From a virus, in the IMG/VR virus record IMGVR_UViG_3300033128_000043, positions 15,639 to 79,638 of that record: DNA of 64,000 nt; one strand, given 5' to 3'. Shown one piece after another: positions 38,323 to 47,227 of the stretch (its first letter is position 1; the number at the start of each line of letters is the position of its first letter). Made by a program: the position numbers and the translations under genes. The notes under the pieces were generated by a model. The model had not been told where the DNA came from. It searched no databases and worked only from the letters and a program-made list of their open reading frames with translations.

Positions 38323-40206
38323 ATGGAAAATGGAACCAACCCTAAAGGGTTCGTGGCTTGGCAGAGTCCCACACAGTCAGCATTAAGAGCAAAATACAAC
38401 ATTCGGGGGATATTCTCTAGCGGGCTCCCTGCAGCAGTCCAAGTAAAAAGGCATTCAAATTTTAAAGGAACACTTAAAGTACCTTTTAGCACTAAGCTGC
38501 GGGCTAAATATGACATTTCAGGGGTTGAACGCGCCTACCTAGGTGCGACAGTTAAAATAACTACTCCAGCGGATACGCCATCGAATGTCACGGTCAGTTA
38601 TCAATCATACGCACGTGCGAGGTACCAGGTCGAACCTAAAGAATCAGTAGATTTTAACTCTTCGGTAACTATCGCCAATACGACTAATATGGCATCTAGA
38701 GTTAAGATTCCTTATGAAAACAGGGTGGTTTCTAAGTACTCTTTAGAAGAAAGAAAAAAGAGTACTACTGTAATTCCTGTAGATATAGATGCATATGTCA
38801 GACAAAACAGCCCGAAACAAAACTTCGGTAAAGAATCAAAATTTTACGTAGGTAGCGATGCCCTTGGCGATAGGTACCGGTCATTTATCGGCTTCAAGCT
38901 AAATAATATACCTAAGGTCAATACCCTTATAGGGAAAGCCATTCTTAGGGTTTATTATGAGGGCAGGAGTGAATCAGAAGGTCCTATTCAGTTACATGAA
39001 GTACTAAGTACATGGACTGAAGATGGGGTCACATGGAATGGACAGCCTCGCTTAGGGGAAATTAAGAATTCGTTTAGTGTATTTGGCCAACCTAATGTAG
39101 TTGATATAGATGTAACAAGTACTGTATCTAAGTGGCATCTCGGTGAGCTGGATAACAATGGATTCGCATTAATCGCTGAGAATGAACTCGTAGGGGATAT
39201 AAAAGGGTTTCGCGCCAAGGAAGGTGTTGAAAGAAGACCCGAACTCCATGTAACCTACTACGACATGCAGGCGTACTCTTTTGGGTATACATCACTATCT
39301 TCAACAGTTACTGTGGTACAGGCAGCTGCAAAAGACTTAAAGGGTAGACTGAGAATACCTGACTACAAAGGAAACAGCGATATCTTTTCCAAAGTATTTG
39401 TACACAACGATAGAGAGTTACCATCAAGGGCTACTGTTAATAAACCAAACTTACATGCAAGTGCTGTAATCAGGCGCAGTAACTACAAAGTCATAACATC
39501 AAAAGTAAAAGTTAGGGTGTCGGGATACGCTGAACTGCCTATAGAATACAAGGTAAACGAACAATCTAAACCAGCCAGAGTGGCAGTTCCTCACAGGAAT
39601 GATTTAATCGGCACTCTTTTTGTTGAAGGTGCGGAGGAAAAGAGCTATCTAAGTGCTACAGTTAAGGTAGCTAGAAGATTCGAGTTGCCAGGAAGTGTGC
39701 AGGTAACTATACCAAACTCACTGCCATCTAAAGTAGTGATACCTACTTTAGGAACAGATGAGCTACAGGGTCATTTGCTATTACCGTATAGGGATGAGGT
39801 AGAAGGGAGCTTACAAGTAAGTAACCCGTTATTGAAAGGGCATGTTGAAGTTTTTAGTGTCAGTACACTTAAATCTTCTGTAACCGTTGCACGTAATGAT
39901 TTTGGGGAACTGCCTTCAACTATTTTGGTAAGCCAACAGGGGAAAGATGATCTTCTTTCTAGGGTTAAATTAAGTATAGGGCAGTACATGGACTCCCAGG
40001 TAACAGTCAATTCCCCTTACCTTAGAGGAGCAGTACAAATCCCAACACACGAATCAAAAGATTTATATGGAAATCTTACTGTTAGAGTCATTAGATTGTC
40101 AGATTTACCTTCTACAGTAGAGATTAAGAAGTTAATAACCACAACACACGACCTTAAATCGATGGTTACGGTCAGACAAGGAATTGCATATGTTTTCATA
40201 ATGTAA
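38323..40206 (+). CDS. DNRLRE-domain fibre protein
   Basis: 'DAYVRQNSPKQNFG...YRSFIGFKL...KAILRVY...WTEDGVTWN...RPELHVTY' flanked by short LxSxVxV repeats. Confidence 0.7.
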   Translation: MENGTNPKGFVAWQSPTQSALRAKYNIRGIFSSGLPAAVQVKRHSNFKGTLKVPFSTKLRAKYDISGVERAYLGATVKITTPADTPSNVTVSYQSYARARYQVEPKESVDFNSSVTIANTTNMASRVKIPYENRVVSKYSLEERKKSTTVIPVDIDAYVRQNSPKQNFGKESKFYVGSDALGDRYRSFIGFKLNNIPKVNTLIGKAILRVYYEGRSESEGPIQLHEVLSTWTEDGVTWNGQPRLGEIKNSFSVFGQPNVVDIDVTSTVSKWHLGELDNNGFALIAENELVGDIKGFRAKEGVERRPELHVTYYDMQAYSFGYTSLSSTVTVVQAAAKDLKGRLRIPDYKGNSDIFSKVFVHNDRELPSRATVNKPNLHASAVIRRSNYKVITSKVKVRVSGYAELPIEYKVNEQSKPARVAVPHRNDLIGTLFVEGAEEKSYLSATVKVARRFELPGSVQVTIPNSLPSKVVIPTLGTDELQGHLLLPYRDEVEGSLQVSNPLLKGHVEVFSVSTLKSSVTVARNDFGELPSTILVSQQGKDDLLSRVKLSIGQYMDSQVTVNSPYLRGAVQIPTHESKDLYGNLTVRVIRLSDLPSTVEIKKLITTTHDLKSMVTVRQGIAYVFIM

Positions 40207-40237
40207 AATAGCCTCTTCTTTACAGAGGCTATTTTTT
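40205..40237. terminator. Bidirectional terminator
   Basis: AAAATAGCCTCT-tctttac-AGAGGCTATTTTT between convergent genes. Confidence 0.8.
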
Positions 40238-40255
40238 GTACATATATTCTTATAA

Positions 40256-41116
40256 TCAAGCAAGAGGGTGGAACTGCAAGAAATTCTTCTTTTTTGCTTC
40301 TTTAGTAATGGTAGCATAAATCCGTGTAGTATTGATGTTTTTATGCCCCAAGAGATCCTGAACAGTTGCTAAGTCACAGCCGTGATCAACTAAATGTTGA
40401 GCATAGGAATGTCTGAAAACATGAGGGCTGGCATCCTTTGGGTCAATTCCAATCTTTTCTGCAAGACGTTTTACTGCATAAAAAACACTTTCACGTGTTT
40501 GATGTTTATTTGGATTATTCTTGTTAGGGAACAGGTAACCCGAAGTGATATTATTCTTATCAATATATTCGCGTAGCAGTGCTATACACTCAGTATGCAA
40601 GGGATTAGCACGCTCTTTGTTTCCTTTACCAATTAAGGATACGTACCCATTATCTAAATCAATTTGATCAGTGGTGAGGGATACGACCTCAGTCACCCTA
40701 CCACCTAGACCATACAACATATGGAAGATAATGTGTGTTTTTAAACCCTCTTTTGCTGAGGCCTGAAGTAATTTATCTATAACTTCCTCTGGAAGAGATT
40801 TACGAAGACGCTGTTCCCTAGATTTAATTTGAACACCATCTACTGGATTGGGGCCTGAAATTTTATGTGAATAAATTAGGTAATTAAAATAGGTCTTTAG
40901 TGAACTAATGCGACGTATAACTGTTTTTCTGTTTTTACCTGCTGCCAGGCTATTAGCAACAAATTCTCTAATTAAATCTGCTGTTACATCCTCTACCGTA
41001 ATATCAGGAAAAGAATTAAAAAATATTTTAATATCTCTTAGATAAGCTGCAATTGTGTTTACTGAGAGATCCCTTTCAGTCTTCAAATAAAAGGAAAATT
41101 GTTTAGTGTAAGACAT
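40256..41116 (-). CDS. XerC/D-like tyrosine recombinase
   Basis: R (GGRVTE), K (GKGNKER), HxxR (HVFRH), LGH and Tyr (TTRIY) catalytic motifs; start at 41116 behind RBS GGAAGGGTG. Confidence 0.9.
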   Translation of the reverse strand: MSYTKQFSFYLKTERDLSVNTIAAYLRDIKIFFNSFPDITVEDVTADLIREFVANSLAAGKNRKTVIRRISSLKTYFNYLIYSHKISGPNPVDGVQIKSREQRLRKSLPEEVIDKLLQASAKEGLKTHIIFHMLYGLGGRVTEVVSLTTDQIDLDNGYVSLIGKGNKERANPLHTECIALLREYIDKNNITSGYLFPNKNNPNKHQTRESVFYAVKRLAEKIGIDPKDASPHVFRHSYAQHLVDHGCDLATVQDLLGHKNINTTRIYATITKEAKKKNFLQFHPLA

Positions 41117-41130
41117 AAAATACACCCTTC

Positions 41131-41171
41131 CATTTAACATAATTCGATTATATACAACATTATGTTAAATG
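41131..41171. repeat. 13-bp perfect inverted repeat made of two XerD-type dif arms
   Basis: CATTTAACATAAT-tcgattatatacaac-ATTATGTTAAATG; TTATGTTAAAT equals the XerD arm of E. coli dif. Confidence 0.75.
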
Positions 41172-41190
41172 TAAACAGGAGGAACATATT

Positions 41191-41547
41191 ATGTATAGGT
41201 ACAGAGCTGTTGAGGCGGGGCTAATATTAATTGCAATTTGGTGGGGAGTCGTATTCTCTATCATGCCTAAAAGTTCCTTTGCTAACCAGATGTACTCACA
41301 TATGAGTACTGTCATGTCAGAGAAAAGTTGGGCGGTATCTTGCCTGACTTTAGCAACAATCATGCTTCTAGGCGTAGTTACAGATAAAAAAGTAGTACAA
41401 GCTGCGGGGCTGTTGGTATCATCGGGATTCTGGATTTTTGTATCTGCATCTCTATGGTTAAGCGACCATTATACAACAGGAACCAGCTACGCTGTATGGG
41501 CTATTTTATCAACATGGTCCTATGTTTGTTTAATGCGAGGTGAATAG
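41191..41547 (+). CDS. Multi-pass membrane protein (holin-like)
   Basis: 118 aa, about 4 hydrophobic segments, start of lysis cassette. Confidence 0.55.
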   Translation: MYRYRAVEAGLILIAIWWGVVFSIMPKSSFANQMYSHMSTVMSEKSWAVSCLTLATIMLLGVVTDKKVVQAAGLLVSSGFWIFVSASLWLSDHYTTGTSYAVWAILSTWSYVCLMRGE

Positions 41548-41549
41548 GA

Positions 41550-41912
41550 ATGGGGCAGCTATCGGACTCTACAATTTCTGCAATTATTTCAGTTATTGGG
41601 ATGGTAGCAACTGGATTTGCGGGCTACTTACAGGCACGAAGAAAAGCATCTAAGGATGATAGACAACTATTATCAGAGGACGAACGGCTGTTTAGAGCTG
41701 AATTAAGGGATTTGGCTAAAGATGCACAAGAACGCGTAAAAGGGCTCACAGCAAGCGTAGAGGAGCTAAATAAGGCAAATCTGGAGCTAGTGGCCACAGT
41801 AGGCGAATTAAAAAGAAAAAATGATGCCTTAACTAGAGAAGTTTCAGTGCTAACTGCAGCAAACAACAGGCTCAGAGAAGAGGTGAGGAGGTATAGAGAA
41901 GGTGGAGCCTAA
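41550..41912 (+). CDS. Single-TM coiled-coil lysis-associated protein
   Basis: N-terminal TM then heptad coiled coil, an XhlA-like architecture. Confidence 0.5.
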   Translation: MGQLSDSTISAIISVIGMVATGFAGYLQARRKASKDDRQLLSEDERLFRAELRDLAKDAQERVKGLTASVEELNKANLELVATVGELKRKNDALTREVSVLTAANNRLREEVRRYREGGA

Positions 41913-42156
41913 GAAAAAGCCCAAAAATAAATCTTTCTGGGTAGATGGGCTGTCAATCGATGAAGCACGTTTTTCTGCACTGGTCGCTATGACACTACTA
42001 GGCTTTGCATATGCCCTATTCTCTCATTTCTTTACTGGAGATATCACAGAAAATCTCCTCAATTTAATCCAAACACTTATTTTGAGTATTGTTGGAGTTA
42101 ATGTAAGCGGGCACGTCACAGCAGCAATACACGCTAAGCGTGAAGATAAAAAATAG
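41902..42156 (+). CDS. Two-TM membrane protein (holin-like)
   Basis: 84 aa, basic N terminus, two hydrophobic segments. Confidence 0.5.
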   Translation: MEPKKKPKNKSFWVDGLSIDEARFSALVAMTLLGFAYALFSHFFTGDITENLLNLIQTLILSIVGVNVSGHVTAAIHAKREDKK

Positions 42157-42190
42157 CATCACTATATTGAACTTGAAGGATTAAAGAGAG

Positions 42191-43027
42191 GTGACCAAAA
42201 TGACACAGAAAATTATGCTTGATCCAGGACACGGCGGGCATGATCCTGGAGCGGTTGACAACGGATTAAAAGAAAAGGACTTGGTTCTTGATATTGCTAA
42301 ACGGACTAAAGCTATTCTTGAGAAACAGTATGATGTAGATGTGAGACTTACAAGGTCCACAGATGTATTTATTGAACTATCTCAAAGAGCACGGTTAGCA
42401 AACAGTTGGGGAGCAGATTATTTTATCTCTATCCACATCAATGCGGGCGGAGGTACTGGTTTTGAGACATACAGGTATGAATTGCTCGCCTCCTCATCAG
42501 CTACAGCCAATCAACAGTTTAAGGTCCATGAAGCCATCTATAGCTTGGTTAAAAGTAAGGGTGTAAAAGATCGTAAATGTAAGGCAGCCAACTACTCTGT
42601 ACTAAGGGAAACTCACATGCCTGCAGTTCTGACGGAAAGTCTCTTCATTGATCGAAAAGAAGATGCCGATTTACTTAAACAAGACTCCTTCATTGCTCTA
42701 TTGGCAGAAGGGCATGCAAAAGGAATTGCAAATGCGTTGGCACTAAAGCCAATTACATCAACAACTGCATCAAAGACGAAGCAGCCTACCAAGAAAAAGG
42801 TAACCCAAGAAAAGGGTACAAGCATTGCTGTAGTCAAATCTAATGCTGATGGTTGGCTGTGGGTTTATGATCGTCCAGATTGGTCGGCTAAGTATAAGAA
42901 GGTTAAACCAGGTGAGGCATTTACAATCACAAAAACTGTAACCGTAAAAGGTTCAAAAATGTATCAGTTAAAGTCAGGGCTATACATCACAGCAGCAAGT
43001 AAGTACATTCAACTGAAAAACAAATAG
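42191..43027 (+). CDS. Endolysin, N-acetylmuramoyl-L-alanine amidase (Amidase_3) with C-terminal wall-binding domain
   Basis: 'IMLDPGHGGHDPGA', 'LKEKD', 'SIHINAGGGTGFE', 'PAVLTE'. Confidence 0.92.
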   Translation: MTKMTQKIMLDPGHGGHDPGAVDNGLKEKDLVLDIAKRTKAILEKQYDVDVRLTRSTDVFIELSQRARLANSWGADYFISIHINAGGGTGFETYRYELLASSSATANQQFKVHEAIYSLVKSKGVKDRKCKAANYSVLRETHMPAVLTESLFIDRKEDADLLKQDSFIALLAEGHAKGIANALALKPITSTTASKTKQPTKKKVTQEKGTSIAVVKSNADGWLWVYDRPDWSAKYKKVKPGEAFTITKTVTVKGSKMYQLKSGLYITAASKYIQLKNK

Positions 43028-43039
43028 GGGTGAGATAAC

Positions 43040-43339
43040 ATGGAATTTTTAGACGCGTTAACTGTAAACACGGCTTTATTAGTTGCAGTAGCTCTTTTGA
43101 CCGAAACACTTACAGACATCGTAAAAGCATCGTTGCCTGATAACAAGATCAACGGGAAAATCACATATTTCACATCCATTCTTGTAGGTGTTCTGTTAGC
43201 CTTTGCATTTAATTTAAACCTGTTTAACCTCGCTGGCTACGGAGAGTACGTTTCAATTGTTTTTGCAGGGCTCCTCGCAAGTCGAGGGGCAAATTATGTG
43301 AATGGATTTGTAAAGAAATTTGATATTTTACGAAAATAA
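43040..43339 (+). CDS. Holin
   Basis: 99 aa, 3 hydrophobic segments, 'GLLASRGANYV' motif, follows endolysin. Confidence 0.7.
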   Translation: MEFLDALTVNTALLVAVALLTETLTDIVKASLPDNKINGKITYFTSILVGVLLAFAFNLNLFNLAGYGEYVSIVFAGLLASRGANYVNGFVKKFDILRK

Positions 43340-43365
43340 AAAGCCCCTTAGGGGCTTTATTTTTT
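43337..43365. terminator. Bidirectional terminator
   Basis: AAAAGCCCCT-TAGGGGCTTT with A/T tracts on both sides. Confidence 0.8.
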
Positions 43366-43728
43366 TGTGTCTACTCTTGCGATGCTTGCAGCTTCAGAGA
43401 AACCTTCAGGGAACCTTTTTTTCAACTTGTCGATATTACCTTCCAGTACCTCAGGAAGCTCAATTTCAAGTAATGTTGCGATGCCTGCCACATAGTGCAT
43501 CACATCACCTAACTCTTTTACAATCTTATCTTTGTCTAGGGAGTGGCCATGAAAAACATGCTTTTTAATAATATCCACTACCTCGCCAGATTCTCCTGAG
43601 AGCCCTAGTGCATAGTTAGTAAGGGATGATGTTGCTAATAATTGTTCAACATTACTTCCACTGAGTGATGTTGGTACCTGGTTGGGCATCGTTCTCTTTG
43701 ATAATTCTTGAAATTTTTCGATATTCAT
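43357..43728 (-). CDS. mazG: MazG-like nucleotide pyrophosphohydrolase
   Basis: 'LGLSGESGEVVDIIKK...KELGDVMHY' ExxE...ExxD motif. Confidence 0.85.
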   Translation of the reverse strand: MNIEKFQELSKRTMPNQVPTSLSGSNVEQLLATSSLTNYALGLSGESGEVVDIIKKHVFHGHSLDKDKIVKELGDVMHYVAGIATLLEIELPEVLEGNIDKLKKRFPEGFSEAASIARVDTKK

Positions 43729-44687
43729 GCTAATTCCTCCTCACAGTTACAATCATCTAATTCTATTCCAGACTGACGCAAAGCCTTTTCTCTGATGTAA
43801 TATAGGTTCCGGTTGGAGTAAGGTCCAGAGTAACCACAGACATCCAACAGTTCTGCTATATCCTCTATACGCATGAGGCATCCTCTTTCCACTAGTTCTT
43901 CAGAGATGACGTTGATTTCATCTACATAGATGGATACTCTCCCGCCTACATAGGTTTTATTGATTTTTGCGCGTATCTTATCAATGGTCCTATTAATTGC
44001 CATAGGGTACACATTTAATTTTTCAGCTATTTTGGACTTAAGCATGTCCTGTTTCAGCAGTTCAATGACAGTTAGTTCAAATTTAGACAGGTTTGCGTCT
44101 TTAAACATAACCTCTACATCGAGTTTAGATAGTGCAGTATCTTCTGTGTTATCATCTGAAGCGACTTCTGTACACGCATCAATCTGCTGAAGGCTATTTG
44201 AAAAACGCAGTACTTCTTGTATTTTATTTTCTGGCACTTCCAGCAGGTTAGCCATTTCAGCAGTTGCCGGATAATACCCCAGAGACTCTTCAATTTCACT
44301 CATACGCTTCATAAGATTAATCCCACTACGTCCGATACGGACAGTCTGAGAATCCCTATAGAGCATGTCATTAATTTCCCACACCATTGGACGGTAGATG
44401 TAAGTAGTGAATTTGATTTCCCTATTAAAGTCAAATTGCTCTAATGCTTTTAATACTCCTATAAATGCTTGTTGTAAAAGCTCTGATTCAGTTACTGAAA
44501 AATTGTATTTAATTTCTTCTATTGAGCCTACACAACGCTCAATAATGTAAAAGATAAATTTGGAGTTTTTGAGTAATACTTCTCCTAACAGGTCCTTATC
44601 ATCCTTACAGGCTTTCAGCAATTCATTATTATGCAGATCAGGGATGTCTTCTTTGTGCAATTCACGGTACTTATTCATCGGAGTCAC
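43725..44687 (-). CDS. RNA polymerase sigma-70-family factor (SigF/SigG/SigB-like)
   Basis: Region 2 'ELLQQAFIGVLKALEQFD...KFTTY', region 3 'EMANLLEV', region 4 HTH, plus a C-terminal extension. Confidence 0.85.
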   Translation of the reverse strand: MTPMNKYRELHKEDIPDLHNNELLKACKDDKDLLGEVLLKNSKFIFYIIERCVGSIEEIKYNFSVTESELLQQAFIGVLKALEQFDFNREIKFTTYIYRPMVWEINDMLYRDSQTVRIGRSGINLMKRMSEIEESLGYYPATAEMANLLEVPENKIQEVLRFSNSLQQIDACTEVASDDNTEDTALSKLDVEVMFKDANLSKFELTVIELLKQDMLKSKIAEKLNVYPMAINRTIDKIRAKINKTYVGGRVSIYVDEINVISEELVERGCLMRIEDIAELLDVCGYSGPYSNRNLYYIREKALRQSGIELDDCNCEEELA

Positions 44688-45271
44688 TTAACCTCAAATG
44701 TACGAGAGCCCTCAAGGTTCTCAACAGACACGAAAGGCAGAATCTCTCCTGATTCTGTATCAAGAACTAGACCTTCATCCGTGTGTTTCAGTCGCTTCTT
44801 CAATTCTCCCCAAAGGACCTTGGGTGGCATGTCCTCAGTAAAGCCCTCTTTTTTCGCATAAGCAATGAGCTCTTCATCAGCCGTATCTGCGACTAGTTTA
44901 GGATTTACTGCCCTCGAAGTCAGTTTTACGCCATATGGCAGTGAGATCGATTTAATTTTAGCTCTCTGAGCTTCGTTTGCTTCGTCATAAAGTCTAGAGT
45001 GGTATGAGCTAAGCTGTGCCTCAACAAATGAAATAGCATCTAATTTCTTCTTGTTGACCCCTTCTAACCAGGAATCAACAGCAGCAAGTTTCTCTTGCCA
45101 GTGCGCGCGTTCACTTTCCGCAACTGCTTCGTTTGCCTTAATTTCGTCACGTAGATGATGAAGCCATCTTGCATATTTGGCCGCATCTTCTGCAGAATGG
45201 ACGTGAATACCGTCTAACTTGTTACTGGCTTGACCATCTAACTGGTCAAAAACTTCCTGTAATTCTTCCAA
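44684..45271 (-). CDS. Host-nuclease inhibitor Gam-family protein
   Basis: Coiled-coil N half, then 'KSISLPYG' and 'WGELKK' motifs of Mu Gam-like proteins. Confidence 0.7.
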   Translation of the reverse strand: MEELQEVFDQLDGQASNKLDGIHVHSAEDAAKYARWLHHLRDEIKANEAVAESERAHWQEKLAAVDSWLEGVNKKKLDAISFVEAQLSSYHSRLYDEANEAQRAKIKSISLPYGVKLTSRAVNPKLVADTADEELIAYAKKEGFTEDMPPKVLWGELKKRLKHTDEGLVLDTESGEILPFVSVENLEGSRTFEVK

Positions 45272-45304
45272 AAATAACCCCTCCTAATGTGTGTCTATAA
45301 GGAA

Positions 45305-45332
45305 TAGTGGAGGGGGTTTTGTAGCTGTTGCA
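45305..45332 (-). promoter_or_regulatory. Candidate phage promoter TGCAAC-N16-CCACTA
   Basis: Upstream of the gam-sigma-mazG operon, directly after a terminator. Confidence 0.6.
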
Positions 45333-45334
45333 TC

Positions 45335-45357
45335 AAAAAACCGGCAAGGCTGCCGGC
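45335..45357 (-). terminator. Terminator after 3D-domain gene
   Basis: CCGGCA-GCCT-TGCCGG-TTTTTT on the minus strand. Confidence 0.75.
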
Positions 45358-46077
45358 TCATTTTCCTGATCTAATAATCGTTACGCTCTTTGTATTTCTA
45401 CCCATCTTCATTGCCTCTCCTTGCGTGGCAACCAACATGTCAATTTTATTCCCTTTAATTGCACCGCCAGTATCTAAAGCAATGGCCTTCACCTTAGTTC
45501 CATCCAAAACAAACTCTATGATGGAGTAGGTGGGGATGACATTAGGATCTGTTGCCACTATGCGCATCCCGTTATAGTATATGGATTTCCTGACATCATG
45601 TCCGGTAGCAGTAACACCCGAACATCCAGTGTCACAGAGTGCTACATAGTAGGTAAATTCAATACTTAGCTGCCTTTGCTGGGACGTAGACTTCTGTGTT
45701 TTGGGTGTAGGTGTTTCTGCAGCTACTTTGGAAGTGTAGTGACTTGATGTTTTAGCACGCTTCTTCCTCTCTGCATCAAGTCGCTTTTGTTTTTGTTCTC
45801 TCGCAATTGCTGCAGCTCTAAGTCGTTCTTGGTTAGCCTTTGCTTTGGCTTGCTGTTTTTTAGCATCGATCTTTTTTTGTTTATTGACTGCTCTAAATAA
45901 TTCATCCTGTTTGACCTCCTTATTATTCACGTTTAGTGTCTCAGGAAGCGAATCTTTTTCGATCACCTTCTTCTTGACTGCATCTTCTTTGTGCGAAACC
46001 AAGAAAAATGCAGTGACTGCGGCGGAAGTAAGCCACAGCCCCAAACACATCACTCCTACCCACATAATTTTTTTCAC
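45358..46077 (-). CDS. Membrane-anchored 3D-domain (MltA-like) protein
   Basis: N-terminal TM, Lys-rich linker, 'SGVTATG...IVATDPNVIP...AIALDTGGAIKGNKIDM'. Confidence 0.85.
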   Translation of the reverse strand: MKKIMWVGVMCLGLWLTSAAVTAFFLVSHKEDAVKKKVIEKDSLPETLNVNNKEVKQDELFRAVNKQKKIDAKKQQAKAKANQERLRAAAIAREQKQKRLDAERKKRAKTSSHYTSKVAAETPTPKTQKSTSQQRQLSIEFTYYVALCDTGCSGVTATGHDVRKSIYYNGMRIVATDPNVIPTYSIIEFVLDGTKVKAIALDTGGAIKGNKIDMLVATQGEAMKMGRNTKSVTIIRSGK

Positions 46078-46082
46078 TGTAC

Positions 46083-46928
46083 CTACTCCTTGACAGAAAA
46101 GAAATTCAAAAGAGCTTCAGGAGCATGGACATCTAAATAATTAAAGTCCGAATAGTCATTAAATACTTCAAAATCTGTGGACATGTCGTCCACAAAGGAC
46201 TCTGTTTCATCCTTCATTAGATGTAATGTATCAGCCCCGTCTACCCTTTCAATTACTTCTGTTCTTTTAGTCTCATCCGCTATGACCTTGACCGTAGTGA
46301 AACCAAGGCCCGTGAAGAAAGCTAAGTCGCTGGGCTGCCTGATATCAGTTACAGCAAACATGGTTATACTTGAACATTCTTCAATTGCGCTTTTTAGCCA
46401 CGCCTTTGCCCAAACAAACTCGTCTCTCTCACGAAGGGACTGTCCAATAAATATAAGGCTGTTGCGATCTTTTTTTACGGATTTCCCGTAAATAACTTCG
46501 ACACATGCCTGTATTGGTTCTGCTAGGTCAATGTGGGCAACCTCTCTTAAAACCTCGCCAGAAGTGGTACTTATTTGGTGGCGATTAGGTACCCCTTTGT
46601 CTACTTTCTGAACCCCCCCTGTGTACTTATTCTTCAACAAATGAGTTAATAAAGTACCTTTGCCAGACCTAGATTTACCTACTATGCCAAGGGATTTGCT
46701 CATTCTTTTCCTGATCCCACGCAACGTCCCAAGCGCGTGCAGCTCCTCAAATTCAAAATCATCCACAACAGTTAATTCCTTTACAAATGATGTGAATGCG
46801 AATGTAACTACATCCTCCATGTTTAAATCAGCACCGATTCCATAAGTAAGTCCTTCATGATTCACAGTTGAAAACACATAAAATTTTTGACCATTTTCTA
46901 ATAAATAAACCTTATCGGAATAAATCAT
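46083..46928 (-). CDS. Deoxynucleoside monophosphate kinase-like protein with N-terminal extra domain
   Basis: P-loop 'GIVGKSRSGKGT', 'LAEPI', 'LIFIGQSLR...W', 'VTDIR'. Confidence 0.7.
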   Translation of the reverse strand: MIYSDKVYLLENGQKFYVFSTVNHEGLTYGIGADLNMEDVVTFAFTSFVKELTVVDDFEFEELHALGTLRGIRKRMSKSLGIVGKSRSGKGTLLTHLLKNKYTGGVQKVDKGVPNRHQISTTSGEVLREVAHIDLAEPIQACVEVIYGKSVKKDRNSLIFIGQSLRERDEFVWAKAWLKSAIEECSSITMFAVTDIRQPSDLAFFTGLGFTTVKVIADETKRTEVIERVDGADTLHLMKDETESFVDDMSTDFEVFNDYSDFNYLDVHAPEALLNFFSVKE

Positions 46929-46963
46929 CGAATAGCCCCTCCTTTTAGTTGGTTGCCTATAAG

Positions 46964-46991
46964 TAGTGGAGGGTACATTGGAGCAGTTGCA
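46964..46991 (-). promoter_or_regulatory. Candidate phage promoter TGCAAC-N16-CCACTA
   Basis: Motif recurrence at identical spacing. Confidence 0.6.
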
Positions 46992-47008
46992 AAACTGTTA
47001 AATCAACA

Positions 47009-47056
47009 AATAAATTAATACATAAATTTATTAATATATTTTTATATTAATTTATT
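47009..47056. repeat. 8-bp-periodic AT-rich array with inverted ends
   Basis: AATAAATT AATACATA AATTTATT AATATATT TTTATATT AATTTATT; 12-bp IR at 47009-47020/47045-47056. Confidence 0.65.
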
Positions 47057-47110
47057 GAAGCGACACCAAAAAATCGGGTGGAGGGAGGTTCATGCCACAT
47101 AAATAGGCAT

Positions 47111-47174
47111 AATTAAACCATTAAACGCGTAAATTAGTTACAGGTTTAATGGTTTAATCATTAAAGCATTTAGT
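47111..47174. repeat. 8-bp-periodic array containing a 15-bp perfect inverted repeat
   Basis: ATTAAACCATTAAAC (47112-47126) / GTTTAATGGTTTAAT (47144-47158). Confidence 0.7.
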
Positions 47175-47227
47175 GAGTTATTTGGGAGTAAAATCAAAAG
47201 TTAAAGAAGAGAGAGGGGAAGAGAGTT

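Noticed and set aside
40256-41171. IS element or invertible DNA segment bounded by the IR
   Set aside because: The IR encloses only 15 bp, no distant partner repeat was noticed, and there is no transposase or target duplication
47009-47174. CRISPR array
   Set aside because: Units are 8 bp, contiguous and degenerate, with no spacers and no cas genes
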